Source: Podarcis tiliguerta
Lineage: Eukaryota
Direction: 5' to 3' (one strand)
Length of the DNA stretch: 64,000 nucleotides
Assembly: GCA_965153285.1 (NCBI GenBank)
Contig: OZ229111.1
Of the stretch, positions 23,701-36,899 are shown one piece after another (the stretch's first letter is position 1; every line of letters starts with the position of its first letter). The notes under the pieces are model-generated. The model was not told where the DNA came from and searched no databases. It saw only the letters and a list, made by a program, of their open reading frames with translations. A program made the translations under genes and the position numbers.

Positions 23701-24700
23701 GCAAGAAATTACCCCGATTGCGAGAACACCGCCCCCCCCCCAGGGAAGAGAGTGATGGGTTGGCAGCTCCCCCACCCCTGTCCAATCGCTGCGCGGAATG
23801 GAGGGTCTCTAACCCGAAGCAAAGGGGCCTAAGCAGAGAGCGCGCGTCGGGCGGCAAGGCTGACCCCGTCACCCCTGGGCCCTGCGGCGGCAGCCGACGA
23901 GGCGCTGGTTTCAGTAGCCCTTGATGAAAACTCGGGGAACCCGGGTCTGGACAAGGGGAAAATGGGCACGAGGTAGGAGGGATAGAATACCCAGAGGAGA
24001 GAGGAAAGCTTGGGGAACGCGGGTGAAATGCTTTTTTTATTATTTGGGGGGAGGGGGGCGTGGGAAATCTGATTAACGCGGGATCAAGCGCCAGAAAGTT
24101 TGCTTCCCGCTTTTCCCTCAAGAAGTCCTACCATGCAAAAAGCCCTTCCTTCTAAAATACTAAAACGCTCCAAAGAGAACAATACGATCATTTCCTCCTC
24201 CTCCTCCTCCCCGCTGCGCCCTTATTCCTTCGCCGTTGCGTCGTTCCCCACCAAGGGAACTCTCCAAACCGAGAAATCCCGCCCGCCAACTTTGCCCTGA
24301 AGCCTCTGGGACAGAGCAAAACGGAGGTCGAGCTTGTGAGCCACTGAGCTGCGCTTCGCGGGGACCCTCCGTCGCGTAAAGAGAGGAAAGGAGAGGTGCC
24401 TATAATATGTGAAGAGACATTATTGGGAAAGGATTGCGGAGGAAAGAACGGTGGCGGGGGGCGGCTGAGAGATGGGTCGGGAAATTCTGAAATATTGGCA
24501 GTGGGGTACATCCATGCAGATAAAGGTGCCTTCGCACAAGCAGGTATCCCACCTGGCGCCTCATACGTCACTGATCTTAGGAGACAGTGGGCTGGCGACA
24601 ACAGAGGCGTGTTGTCACCGTGCTTCGCCGTCAGTGATGGCGCTTGGTCTTGGGTAACTGTTCTATGTATCCAAGACTCGGCTTGACCTGATGGTCATCA
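20630..24700. promoter_or_regulatory. upstream CpG island / putative distal promoter-enhancer domain of NTN1
   Basis: Visibly high CpG and GC content against CpG-depleted flanks, with no young TEs and no coherent protein ORF. Boundaries are approximate. Confidence 0.75.
22026..22066 (+). other. candidate 41-nt non-coding exon
   Basis: CTGAC branch-like site at 21977-21981, pyrimidine tract 22001-22023, AG at 22024-22025, and consensus donor AAG/GTAAGT at 22067. Confidence 0.45.
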
Positions 24701-24752
24701 TACAATGCAAAACACACACCTGGTTGCGAGCTATGCAACTGATTCGAAGTGG

Positions 24753-24995
24753 AGAAGAAGAGTTTGGCTTTGATATCCCGCTTTATCACTACCCGAAGGA
24801 GTCTCAAAGTGGCTAACATTCTCCTTTCCCTTCCTCCCCCACAACAAACACTCTGTGAGGTGAGTGGGGCTGACAGACTTCAGAGAAGTGTGACTAGCCC
24901 AAGGTCACCCAACAGCTGCATGTGGAGGAGCGGAGAGGCGAACCCGGTTCACCAGATTACGAGACTACCACTCTTAACCACTACACCACACTGGC
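24753..24995 (-). mobile_element. tRNA-derived CORE-type SINE (Squam2/MIR-like), near full length
   Basis: Reverse complement begins GCCAGTGTGGTGTAGTGGTTAAGAG, has B-box-like GGGTTCGCCTC and core GGGTGACCTTGGGCTAGTCAC, and ends in a CTT-repeat tail. Confidence 0.85.
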
Positions 24996-25893
24996 CCACA
25001 GGGAACACCCTCCCCCCATGTTGCTGGACTGCAGCACCCATCACCCCTGAGCATTGGTCATGCTGGCTGAAGGTTGATGGGGGTTGGGAGTCCGGCCACA
25101 CCTGGAGAAGCACAACTTCCCCACCTCTGGTGTAACACTTTGTTGAGAATGTGGTGGTAGCTCCCTTGCCTTGGAATTGACTAGATTTTTTTTTTTTTTA
25201 AGGAATATAATAGGGTTGCCTTGTGGAAATCATCTTAATGCTGCCCTTGAACTGTTTTCTCGAAATGAAAGTTAGTTTGGGCTTCCTTGATTCTGCAGCA
25301 TAAGGATTTTAGCAAACCCAGCAGCAGTTGGCCTTAAGGTCCAGCAGGTTGACTAAGCATTGTGCATCGTGATCCTATGCATGTTTACTGAGAAGTATCC
25401 CTTACAGTATTCTGTGGATCTTACTCCCAGGTATCTGTGCATAGAATTGCAGTCATATGCAGAATAGGTCTAGGAGATATCCAGGATTCATTGTTGAAGA
25501 TTACTATAGAGAATTAAGTGCATACACAAATGTAGTATTTCATTGACTGGCAATCTGGACTCTAAGGAAATCGAAGTGTGAGTGTTGTTTAGAGGCATCA
25601 AAATCGAATTGTAAATGTCGTAAGTGTTGTTTAGAGGCATGCCACAAAGTCCACCTGAAAGAAGCTTGTGGACCACTGGTGGTCTGCAGACCACAGTTTG
25701 GGAATCCCTGGTATTTTTTTCCTAGAGTGGTCGCTTCTGGAAGTCCACATGAAGGTCCTCACATAGTGTTTGTCTATAGCTCTCCAGTTCAGAGGTCGCT
25801 GTGCCTGGAAGTTCCATTCCCACTATCATTCATCAATGCTCTAAGACTTCCCTGTGAATTTGGAAGCTCTATACCCCATGAATTTGAAATCCG

Positions 25894-25949
25894 AGAAAAG
25901 AAAAGAAAAGAAGAGAAAAGAAAAGAAAAGAAAAGAAAAGAAAAGAAAA
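25894..25949. repeat. (AAAAG)n microsatellite
   Basis: Directly visible. Confidence 0.95.
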
Positions 25950-27054
25950 CCCTAATTCAACCTAGGGCCATCTCCAGATGGACTGCCAAAACAAACAAAC
26001 AAAACGAATGATTAAAGCACAAATCAGGGGTGGGGGGGCACTCATTAGCCCTGTTAAAAGGCTAACAGTATAGGGTAAGATGAGACCAGCAATAAAAAAT
26101 AATTTGCAGCACTTCCTGAGTCTTTGTTAAAAACAAAGAAAAATCCACTTACAAATATGAGAGCTTTGCATAAGGTGTCTCTGTATGACAAAAGAAGTTA
26201 GTTGCCAAAAATGTGTCCTGAAACTAGGCGGATTACAGCATAGAAATGCTCACTCATTAATATTATCAATTATCAATTATGTAGAGGAGCATAATAAAAA
26301 GCTAACTTGATCATTTCCCCCACTTTCTATGTCATTATGGTTTACTTATAATCCCCTTGTCTTTGGAATGTTAGTACAGATCATTCTGTTGAAAAAAAGC
26401 CCTGGAAATAAGAGACCTCACTGCTCTGGTACCTCTACTATTATATATTTGCTGGCAGGTGAGTAGAAATGCCCATTGGTTTTATTATTATTTTTTAGGA
26501 TTAAAAACTGCAGGTCAAGGAGACTCTCCCACTTTTGTGCCATGTAATCCTTGGCATGTTTACTCAGAAGTAAGTTCTGCTGTGTTCCACGGTGCTTACT
26601 CCCAAATAAATGTGTTTAAGAACTTTAAAAGCCATGACCAGCTAGTTTGGGCCATGCTATGCTTTAATGCAATTGGAGGTGGGTTTAGGGAAGCACAAAC
26701 AGTCACACACACCCCACTGGACACTGAGCCAAGGGGGGCACTGCAGGGCACCACAACTATGACATTGTGCATGTGCAGAATGGAAGGTGAGAGGAAGGGA
26801 GACACTGATTTTTGGCCTCACACAGGGAGCCGCTGAAATTTGAAAGACCAAAGCCCCTGATGCAATTAGGGGCTCAAGTCTTCTGTTGTTAGATAAAATA
26901 GAAATGGTTGTTGGGTATGCTGGTTGGGGGTGATGGGAGTTGAAGTCCAAAATATCTGGTGAACACCAGGTATGGGAAGGCTGATCCTGATCACTCTTGT
27001 GGTTATTTCCAGCTACTTTGTTATACGATGAGACACAAAGAATGGTCTAGGTGA

Positions 27055-27190
27055 CAGGCATGGCCAAACTTGGCCCTCCAGCTGTTTTGGGATTACAATT
27101 CCCATCATCCCTGACCACTGGTCCTGTTAGCTAGGGATGATGGGAGCTGTAGTCCCAAAACAGCTGGAGGGCCAAGTTTGGCCATGCCTG
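27055..27190. mobile_element. hAT-type palindromic MITE, 136 bp, well preserved
   Basis: 58-bp inverted arms (3 mismatches) starting CAGGCATGGCCAAACTTGG around a 20-nt loop. Flanks GTCTAGGTGA and GTCTAGGA resemble an 8-bp hAT TSD. Decayed relatives lie near 4240, 8680, 14060, 25010, 26920, 40230, 51860, 52160 and 58190. Confidence 0.85.
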
Positions 27191-28728
27191 GTCTAGGAGC
27201 AACCGATGCTACAGTGTTATTGAAGCTAAGCAGGTGTGGATGTGGCCTGGAGAGAAGACTCCTGGGAGGCACAGATAAGTTGCTATGAGTTTTCAAAGGT
27301 GAAGGAAATAAATGCATGAATAATAAAGATAATCTAGGGCACCCTGTAATATAGCAACACTATAGGCCAATATAGGCCATCACCCAAGGAGCAGGGATTT
27401 GTATCCGCCTGTCTCTATCTTACCCCAATGTTTTGCCCACTGCTAAATCACACTGGCTGACAAGGCCCAGGACCCATTCCCTCCTCTATGGCACTTAGTT
27501 CAGAAAACCAGGGAGAATTGCATGCCATCCCAGGGAACCCACCTGCCCAAAAGTCAGATGTATAAAGAAAGAACTTCCCCCATTCTTTCTTTCACTTGTG
27601 CATTTGATTGCAGAGGGCTTTGACTCTTGGAATGTTGCAGCAAATAAACAAGGCTCATTACCTAGAGCAGCTGCTCTGTGAGAAAGTTGCCACCATCGGG
27701 CACAATATATAAAATTGTTGTTGCTGCTTTGCACAGTTCTGCCCTTTCAAAAATTAGGGGAAATTAGGTCAAAAGGTTAGCAGCATTAAGTGAGGATACA
27801 ACTGGTCAATTTTGCATTCCTACAAAATTTGGATCTTTTTTTCAATGTGAGTGTGACACATTGGTATTTATGCAGTTTTGTCATATTGCTGGCTATCCGG
27901 GACATTTTGAATTTCAGTCCTGTTCCTGTCTTTTGTACTCATGTGATTGACTTTTCTTTTCTAAATCATGGCCATTTATTAAAAGTAGCCTGTACAACTT
28001 TTGGTAGAGTCCATTTCCATGCAAGGCATTTAGGATCAGGGTGCTAGGCTGCTAGAATTTTTAGAGGGTTATTTTTCTCTCTCCCTTTGAAAGGGTAAAA
28101 TATGGCAAAGCATTTGTTATATTGTATCTGTTGGCTGCACCGCTGTTGAGGAAGCACGGGAAATTCATGGTGTTTGGACAAGACAAACATTGTTTCATCC
28201 CTAAACAAACCTCCCTGGAGGTCAGCTTGGTTCATTCCATTGCTGCAGCCAAGAAGCAAAGGGGCATCCAGATGATGTGAAAATCAGACCTTTTCAGTTG
28301 TGGAGGGGGAGGGTGGGGATAAAATAAAACCCAACCCCTCTGCAAGTAGACAGGCAGACAGGAATGCAAGAAAAGGCCTCTATCCAGTTCCTGGTGCCTG
28401 ATTCCCATTGCCTGACTTATGCAAAGAGGAGCTGACAACTGATCTAAGGACATATATTAAGAAACGAACCCCACTCGTTTTTTAAAAATCCGGTGCAAGA
28501 GGTCCAGGTGATGCACTACAATGTTCTGCTGACTCCTCATTTATACATCTATCACTTCAACATAATCCAGTCCAGCCTAGTTTACCAATGGCAACATTAA
28601 ACTGGGCTTTCCTCCTATCAGCCCCTTATGCAATGAAAACAAGGGGTAGGGAATCTCAGGCCTGGGGGACAAGTGTGGCCATCTGTACTATGATAATTCT
28701 TCTTGTTTCTCTGAATGGAAGATCGAGG

Positions 28729-28782
28729 GGTGTGTGTGTGTGTGTGTGTGTGTGCATGTGTGTGTGTGTGTGTGTGTGTGTG
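28729..28782. repeat. (TG)n microsatellite
   Basis: Directly visible, one CA interruption. Confidence 0.95.
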
Positions 28783-29540
28783 TAAACTAGCTTATTGTAT
28801 AAAAGTGGGCAGAGAAACAGATTAAAATCATGTTTATACAATAAAGCTAGTTTACACACAGGTATATTGACATCTGCACTCTCAAACAGGGTTTTAGCAA
28901 GTAACTTCAGCAGTAAATCACATCATTCCAAACTGCAGGTTTAGGTTATTCCTCCTTCAGGCTGGCAATGCAGAGAGTGTAACAAAACCCTTAATAAACC
29001 ATCCTTGTTTGGGAGCAAGCTGCCAATGCAGACACTCCAGAAGGTAAACACTTTCCTATCGAAATAAATTCTTGCTTGGAGAACATAGGTAATGAAAGCA
29101 AAACCAGCAAAATGAAAACTTGTACAGTCTTAACATTTTCCCCACACTGTAAAGGAAGGACAAAGGCTGAGAGAGGGTTTCCCTAGTGAGTTCATAACAG
29201 AGGTGAGATTTGAGCTATATGCCTCCCAGTGCATTGCTCAGCTATTTAGCCATACTTTCACTAACATACTTTTGAGCCAGGCACAAGTCAGAATAAGAAG
29301 GAAATAGCAAAACTAGCTGCATTTCATACAGTATTTGGTGCAATGGAGTAGCTGCCACACCACCTGATTGCAAAGGGATTGATGGTGAGCTTTTTGGGAG
29401 ATTACCAACCCTGGATATTTTAGGATGGAGGCAGAGGTTGCAGAGAAACCCACTGTCACTTACCTGTGAAAGATGCTTAATAGAGAATCCTGCTCGCTGT
29501 GCACTAACTGGTACTAGAAGATAAATGTAGGTCAAATATA

Positions 29541-29878
29541 AAGAAGGGTAAAGGGACCCCTGACCATTAGGTCCAGTCGTGACCAACTCTGGGGTTTTAT
29601 TGGCCGAGGGAGCCGGCGTACAGCTTCCGGGTCATGTGGCCAGCATAACTAAGCCGTTTCTGGCGAACCAGAGCAGTGCATGGAAACACCGTTTACCTTC
29701 CTGCCGGAGCGGTACCTATTTATCTAGTTGCACTTTGACGTGCTTTTGAACTGCTAGGTTGACAGGAGGTGGGACAGAGCAACAGGAGCTCACCCCGTTG
29801 CGGGGATTCGAACCACCGACCTTCTGATCAGCAAGTCCTAGGCTCTGTGGTTTAACCCACAGTGCCACCTGCATCCCT
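29541..29878 (-). mobile_element. Sauria SINE with 13-bp TSD
   Basis: Sauria body with a small internal deletion. TAGGTCAAATATA is duplicated at 29528-29540 and 29879-29891. Confidence 0.95.
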
Positions 29879-30260
29879 TAGGTCAAATATATATTTTGTT
29901 AAATTTAATTTTGCGGTTCAACTGTTTTCCATTCCAATATACTATCCAGTTGTTGTCCCCCCCCCCCCCCCTTTAACCTTAATATATATTTTTTGGTATA
30001 ATTTGGTAGCGGAATGTTGCATGGTCATTAAGCGAAGAGCTGTGGCAAGCTAGCCAGCTTCTGAAAACTGGCTGTATGGAGGTACCTAGGCAACCAGTGG
30101 AAGCAGATACCGCTTTGGGGAGTAGTGGGGCTGACCTGGGCTGTAGCAAGGGTCTGCAGTACACAGAGCTGGATTTGTGCATAAGAAAAATTAACTACAG
30201 TTAAGGCCACAAATTATGAGGAGCCTCTAAATACAAACAACAACACTAATTGTCAAGATT

Positions 30261-30261
<1 letters not shown>

Positions 30262-30299
<38 letters not shown>
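30262..30299. repeat. (AAT)n microsatellite
   Basis: Directly visible. Confidence 0.95.
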
Positions 30300-33200
30300 G
30301 AAACAGGAAAAACAGACATCATTATCGCATCACAAATATATATTTCATGCCTACACCATTAGTTGATATATTGCATTTGAACTTGTACAGATTTAACTAT
30401 AATATGGTTTCCATATTTGATAAGTAAGAAATCATAAGGTATATCCATTTGAAATTATTTCATATGCAAACAGGCTTGTGGCAAGCTACATGCTTTAGCT
30501 AGCTTGCTAGTTTTTGGCTGCATCCTCAACTATGCACTAGTATTTATGCAAATGTAAAATGTCATTACTTCTATATTTATTGCCCTTTCTGTTAGACTAA
30601 TACACATCTTTTGGGTAATGCTCTGGGGGCCTCTTCAACGCGACACAGCTTAGGGCCTCAGTGTGTCTTAATTCAGCCCTGGCAACAAAGCGATGGCTGT
30701 GTTGGCCCCAGAGACGAGGCTAAACTGGGCTGAAGTATGCTGCAGAATAAAAACCCCAGAGACGGAGGGATCTGGCTGGAGTGCAATACAAATATCAGAG
30801 GGCATCTCTTTAGAAAGGCCTGGGTATGAGATTTCTTGAAATGTCTGGGTTTTGTGAGAAGAGAAGTGGGAGGGGTGAGAAAGGTTTGATAGGGATTGTG
30901 GACAGGGGGTGGGTGTAAGGAAGGGGTTTGGGGATATGGGAGGGCTTTGAAGGGTTAGGGTCCCCGGGGACAAATCTGAGTAATATGAACTGGTTGCACA
31001 ATTGCAAAAGAGAGAGGACTGTTATCTAGAAGGTGCTGATGGCTCAGCTATAGCAGGGGTACTTGCTCAAAGGCCATCATCACCACCTCCTTCCTCAAAG
31101 TGACCTGTCCATCAAATTAGTTGCTTGCTAGAGGTTTTGTGGAAGTGGTATTGTTACACGGAAGACTCTCCCTTCTCCCCCATTGCCACCCTCTGTAGAT
31201 TTCAGTGGCTGATGCAAGTTGGGTGGCAGATATGATGTTTTAATAAATTGTGGATAGTGTGTCAAGTTGATGCTAGGCTTGCTTGTTGTTTTTATGGTGG
31301 CTTTTTGACTACCATGAAGCATGGCGGCATTTTGATATTTTTAAATAACACTTGTATTGATGTGGAGAGCAGTTTGCTATTGTACACTGCTTTGCGACAT
31401 ATCTTTTCATTAAAAGCAGCTTATAACAGCCTACATGTTGAACTAAATTGAAATGTATGCCTCTCATACAGTCCTTTAGCATCTGATTCCAGGTCAACCC
31501 CCCCCCCCCAAAAAAAAAATAGTTCCCAAATTGGCATATATAAGCGTCCACTTGTTTTGCTATAGGTGTAGACCCTAGCTGATCTGGGGCTCCACTTGCA
31601 TGTTACTCTTGGAATTGCAAAGTGCCTGACCTGAACCCAGAGCCCTTCATGGTGTCTGAGAAGCCTTAGGCTGCAATCCTAACCATGTCTACTCTGAAAT
31701 AAACCCCATAGAATTCAATGTGTAGGATTTACTTCCAGGTAAGTGCATGGGGATGGGGACAGTAGCCTTAGAAAGGAACGCCATGTCTGCTTAGAGGGGA
31801 CCAATTTTGTTATTATTTATAACAATATTTAAATTCCAGTGGGGGTCCCAGCTTTTGGAAAATTAAATAATCTAAAAACTATTGGAGTTTGACCCTTACT
31901 GAGTGACTAGGGGTTTCAGGGGGAAGGGGGTCGAAGAGGTGTGACGGGGGAGATGCTTAGGGGGTGAGTTATTTTTCCCAACAAGGAAGAGGATTATTGG
32001 GATCTCCAAGCTGTTACCTGAACTCTGGAGGCAAAGTGGGAGGAGGAAAATGGGGAATAAATTAGAAATCACACCAGAGAAGGCCTTCTGCATGTGCAGT
32101 AAGAGCAGCGCCAGATTTCCTTATTCTGCTTCTTAGGCTGCGATGCACAACCCGATCCTATGCGCCTTGCGTCAGAAACTATTCAGCATCGCGCAGGGTT
32201 GGACGCGATTAGCGTCTTAAGCTCTCTAACAAATTGCACCAACTTCCTTACTTAGAAGAGGGACAGCAATGCCTGCTTGGAGCGAGAGAGAAGAATAACG
32301 GAGGAAAGTCTCTGATTGGAAGTCTTCGCTATAGCGAAAGCAGGCAAAAGACCCTGCAAAGAGAGGAGGGGAAGGGGGTGGGGGGGTTGCCCACCCGAGT
32401 GCAGGTTCAAAGAGGGGACAAAAGTAAAAAAAAGAAAAGTTCTGCTACGTACATATGTGCCTTCCTTCACCCAATTTTCTGATTGCTGAACCTCGCTCAG
32501 CACAATATAAATTGTGGCTAAAGCAGAAAAATTCCGCGCGCCCCTCCCAGCCACCCACAGGGTGTGGGGTGAGGTGGAGAGCCTCTTCTTTCAATATTAT
32601 GGATGATACCCTTTCTATAAGGCCAATATACTGTATGTGCAGGAATAATATTTGAAGAAATGCCCCCCTCTCCTTTGCATAGGTCCTAGTTGTTGGATAT
32701 TTTCCTTTCAAGACCGAGAGGGGATGGGGAATTTGCAAAGACCCGTGGAAGGAGTAGATGCGAGTGCAATCTCTTTTAGTAGTTTGCATGCAACGATGAA
32801 AAACGGAGTCTCGATCAGAAGTCGTTTAGTTTCTCTATTATTGCTCCCTGGCTTTTTTTTTTGTTTTTTTTTTTTGTTTTTTTTTGTAAAATGTGGATAT
32901 TCCTGATAGCCAGCATATTTGCACCTCAATGCTAAATGAGCAGGCTTTGACAGAACTCCTATAGATTTAAATCGAACTGCAAAAGCAACTCTTAACGGCA
33001 CGCTTCACAGTTCTGAAAACATCCAGATAGCAGCTCAGATTCTAGAGGTCGTTATATTTTATTAATCCAAACGGGATACTGGCTCCACCAGCGCAGCGAT
33101 GCACACCTTAACGATCGGAATATCATTAGAATAAACGTATAGTTTACCTTTAAAACTAAGAATCAGTCCTGAAAATCTGAGAGTGAAAATCTTTTGTGTT

Positions 33201-36200
33201 TTTCATAGCAGCCTCATAGGCGGGATGGGTAAGAAACGAGTATCTAGAGGGGCCCATTATCATCATCATCACCACCAACTGAATTTGTATACCGCCCTTT
33301 ATCCGTACATCTCATGGGAAACGAAATTAATTCTAGAGTGCCTGAGTAGAGAAATGTTAAAAATGGCTTTCCACTAAATATTACAATTTGTTTGTTGTTG
33401 TGGAAATAGCAGCTTTCTCTAAATCAAGAAACGCACTTCCATTGCTCGCAAGACCATCATCAGCACGTTAAAAAACAAAAAACTAGGCTCGCGTTGTGCA
33501 AAAACTCGGAGCTCGATCCAATCGACGTTAATTACCTTTTAGCCCCATCGACTTCAATGTGAGGAAGTTAGCTGCCTGTGTAAGGCTAAAGTCCTAAAAG
33601 CTCCTGGAAGGGAATCACAGACCTGTCCTAGTATGTAGCCTAGACCCTAGTGCGCTCAGCAGGTCCTGCTTCCTGCGGAACATGCTTATAGGTTCCCGCT
33701 TCATGTCGCCCGCTTAAAAGTAAATGGATTTCAAAGCACTTAATTTTGGCTGGATCTCATTATGTGTGTGTGTGATACTTTTGAAATTGTTTGTAATGCG
33801 TTTTGAGATTCGTTGCTGCAAGTTAATTTATATATTAATGAATTAATAACAAACAAAAACATCATCTAACTCACAGTTTAATTACGAACAGCAGCTATTA
33901 TTGCAGAAGTCACCCTGGATAGGAACCGGCCAAAGGCCAGACTGAAAAGAGAGGCGCTTGGCCCCATATTCTGCATCTGTAATCAACGAATTAATTCATA
34001 GATCGCTGTGGCAGAAGGAAGTTTGTATGAAAGTAGGAACTCGGGCCTATTTAGAATTAAAGAAACTACAAGAAAATGTGCTGCTTGGGGTGATTTGGAG
34101 TAATGTAACGGTGCTAAGGGACGCGCTAGTCATTGGCAGCCGGCTGGAGCTCGTTGCCCTGCGATTTAGGAACCCCCCAACTGCCCTTGCCTCCTCCTAG
34201 AACCCACATACTAACTGAATCAGCTCCTACAAATAGTTTGCCGAGCGCGTTCCGCTTGTCAGCCACAGCATCCAGCGCCTCAAATCGATGGGAACCTTTT
34301 AACTTCTCTCCAGAGTTTACTCGGGAGTGTAATCCCAGCGGAGATCTAAGGGCCTCCCAACACGCCCCCCCCCCACGCTTATACATACGTTACAAGCACC
34401 AAAGTAATACATGGCGAACCTTGCAAGATTGTATTATTGCCAGTTACTGCAGCTTGCACTGAACGCTCGGTCAGCGGCTGATCTTGTATACACTTGAGCT
34501 TTTGCATAGATATGTCGCAGACACTGACTGTACCTTCGGCTTCACTGTTTATACCGCTCCCCCGTAGAAAACATGCCCTGCTCCGCCAACTGTGCATAAC
34601 CCTTCATGCCTCAGGTGCAGCAGTGGATTCCAGTACACCAACGTTTGTGTCACAATGCCTCTAATTTAAAGTTTGGTGGTGGCAGCCGGGGAGGCGTGGG
34701 TTTTTGTTTTTAATTAGCAGACGAACAAGGCTACCTTTCTGGCTTTTTCTTCTTCCAGAAGTCTGATCTTGTAGTTTGCTTTCTGCCAGTTAAAAACACC
34801 CTTCCATCGCTATCCTTAGCCCTTTTCACCCGGAAGCAAAGCTTCCATCAGCTGGCGGATCTCAGCTTACTCTGTGTTTATGATTTTTAGTGTGTGTCTT
34901 TCTGGAGTGAGTAGGCGCATCTCCCGTTTTACAGGATCCTCCGTGCAGGATACGGGTGCGTAGCTAGAGCACAGGAACCAGGGTGTCCTAATTCAATATT
35001 CCAGAGGTGGTGGACAGACCCTCACTAAAAAAAATGTGGAAGATAACTCTGCTCCCAGGCAATTTCAGTTGGTTAGCTGACCGACAGGCTGGCTTGAAGA
35101 GAAAGGACAAGGGCCGGAGGAGGGTAGACTGGCTAGGACTGTAAAAGGGCAGGTGCGCGTGCACCACTTCTGCAGACTAAGGTAGCTGCATCTCAAGAGG
35201 AAAGCATTCTCCTTTTTTCTTGGTGCATGTGCATTCCTGCCTACAGGCTTTTCTGCCTTCAGACAGTGCCTAGTCAACTTCGTGCTCTGTGTATGTACAC
35301 GAACAAAACAAATATAAATCTCAGTGCATCAGTGTATGTGCGCTTGTGAGAGCATCAGCCGTTGTGTCAAAAGAGGATTTCTATTTTTATTTTTTGCAGA
35401 CGCTACGGGCCTCGTGGCTCCACCTTCATCCTTTCGCCACGCCCATTTAGAATCCTCTCCCACCTGTGGCCATATCACCCGCCCCCCTTCGAATGAAACA
35501 GACGTGACAACCTATAAAGAAAAGCACCTCTGAGCATGTACAGAGCGCCTTCTCCCAACCACTGTCCCCCAACCACTTAAAATGAAGGACCAGGTTTTCC
35601 TTCTAGGCCGGAGCTCGAGGATCCCAATGCAGGTTTGGGCTCCAACAAGGCAGCCCTTGCCAGCCCTTGGAAAACTCCGTTTTAAATCTCGTGCCGGGTT
35701 TGAACCTTACTACGACATTGCGGACCTTTCCTCCCCTGGGACTCTCAGTTCCGCTTCTGAGCTGCCATCCCTCCGCATTTCTGCTGCATAGGTGGAAAAG
35801 AGACCAGGGCTCTCGCGCCTTTAAAAGTTGCGTGGAAGAGGGGATTTCAGGGAGTGCCGGTTGTCTTGTAGCCCTTGGCAGGTGTGCTGCGGGTGACAGA
35901 ACTGAGAAAGCAAGGGATCAGCACTGGGAGTGGGTCACTTCTAGGCCCTGGGCTGTAGCGAGGGATCTAGGCAGGGCGGCTTCTAGCAGACGAATCGGTG
36001 CTAGGAGTCGTCACTTTCAGATGTTGCAATAAAACTTATTTCCCGGCCAACAGCGCCAGAGAAGTAATCTCTCTGGGAGCGGAGGTGAGGTGGTGGTGTC
36101 CAGCTTTCTCGGAAGAGTCTGGAGAGCGAATGGACTTTCTACGTGGGCTCTGGGAATTTGCGTGCGTGTGATGCCTCTTCATCCTTTTTCTTGGCGAGTC

Positions 36201-36899
36201 GCTTGCGGCCTTTGAACGGGATCCCAAACAAACGGATCGTGGTGTGCGCAGTGCGCGTATTCAGTTTTAACACTTCATAACACGCAGTCTGGGCGAAACT
36301 AGGCTGGCTAGCCACCGCCAAACACAACCCAATATACAAAAGTACTTCTCTACAATCACATATACTCATACAGTACGAGAAATTGGCGATGGAGCCAAGA
36401 CTTCACCCTCTGTATCCAACGAGTCCGACAAACGCTCCATAAGAGTGAGCGAGGTGCTTGTGGGAAGCTAGGACTTGTTAGGAAACGACGGGATTTCGCC
36501 ACACAGGTCTGCCCAAAGAACAGAGATAACGCCGGAATTCCTCCCCAAGGAATTGTAATGAGCACATAATTGGGTGCACAATAAAAGGCAGCTGGATTTA
36601 TTATGCAAGTAATAGACGAACAGCAGGAAGAGCTGGTAATAGATGTTCTTTAGACAGGTTGACAGGATTCGACACCCTGGAACAACCAGGGGTGTGGGTG
36701 TGTCGCTCCAAGTCGGCTTTAAACATCGGAGGAATAAAGGAAGGCAAGGGAAAAAACACCGGGTGGTGGGAAGAGAAAGTAACTCTGACGATCCTCGCTG
36801 CCAAAACACTGTAGTTTTGCCTCCAGCAAGGAAGAAGGCGCTGGGTATTTTAACAACTCGCACGAGTTTGCCCCGGGAGGTGAGCAACAGATACGCTTA

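Noticed and set aside
21066-24686. Many 80-205-aa ORFs in the upstream GC island
   Set aside because: Pro/Arg/Gly-rich with no recognisable domain; explained by stop-codon scarcity in GC-rich DNA.
25581-25640. 18-bp direct repeat with 24-bp spacer (CRISPR-like look), plus short tandem duplications near 3075, 14170, 21452, 44842 and 48637
   Set aside because: Only two units each in a vertebrate genome with no cas genes; ordinary slippage or TE-internal repeats.
30660-31010. Purine/G-rich segment as a retroelement ORF remnant or G-quadruplex
   Set aside because: Frames are broken and I cannot assign a family. G-runs are irregularly spaced and not near a promoter.
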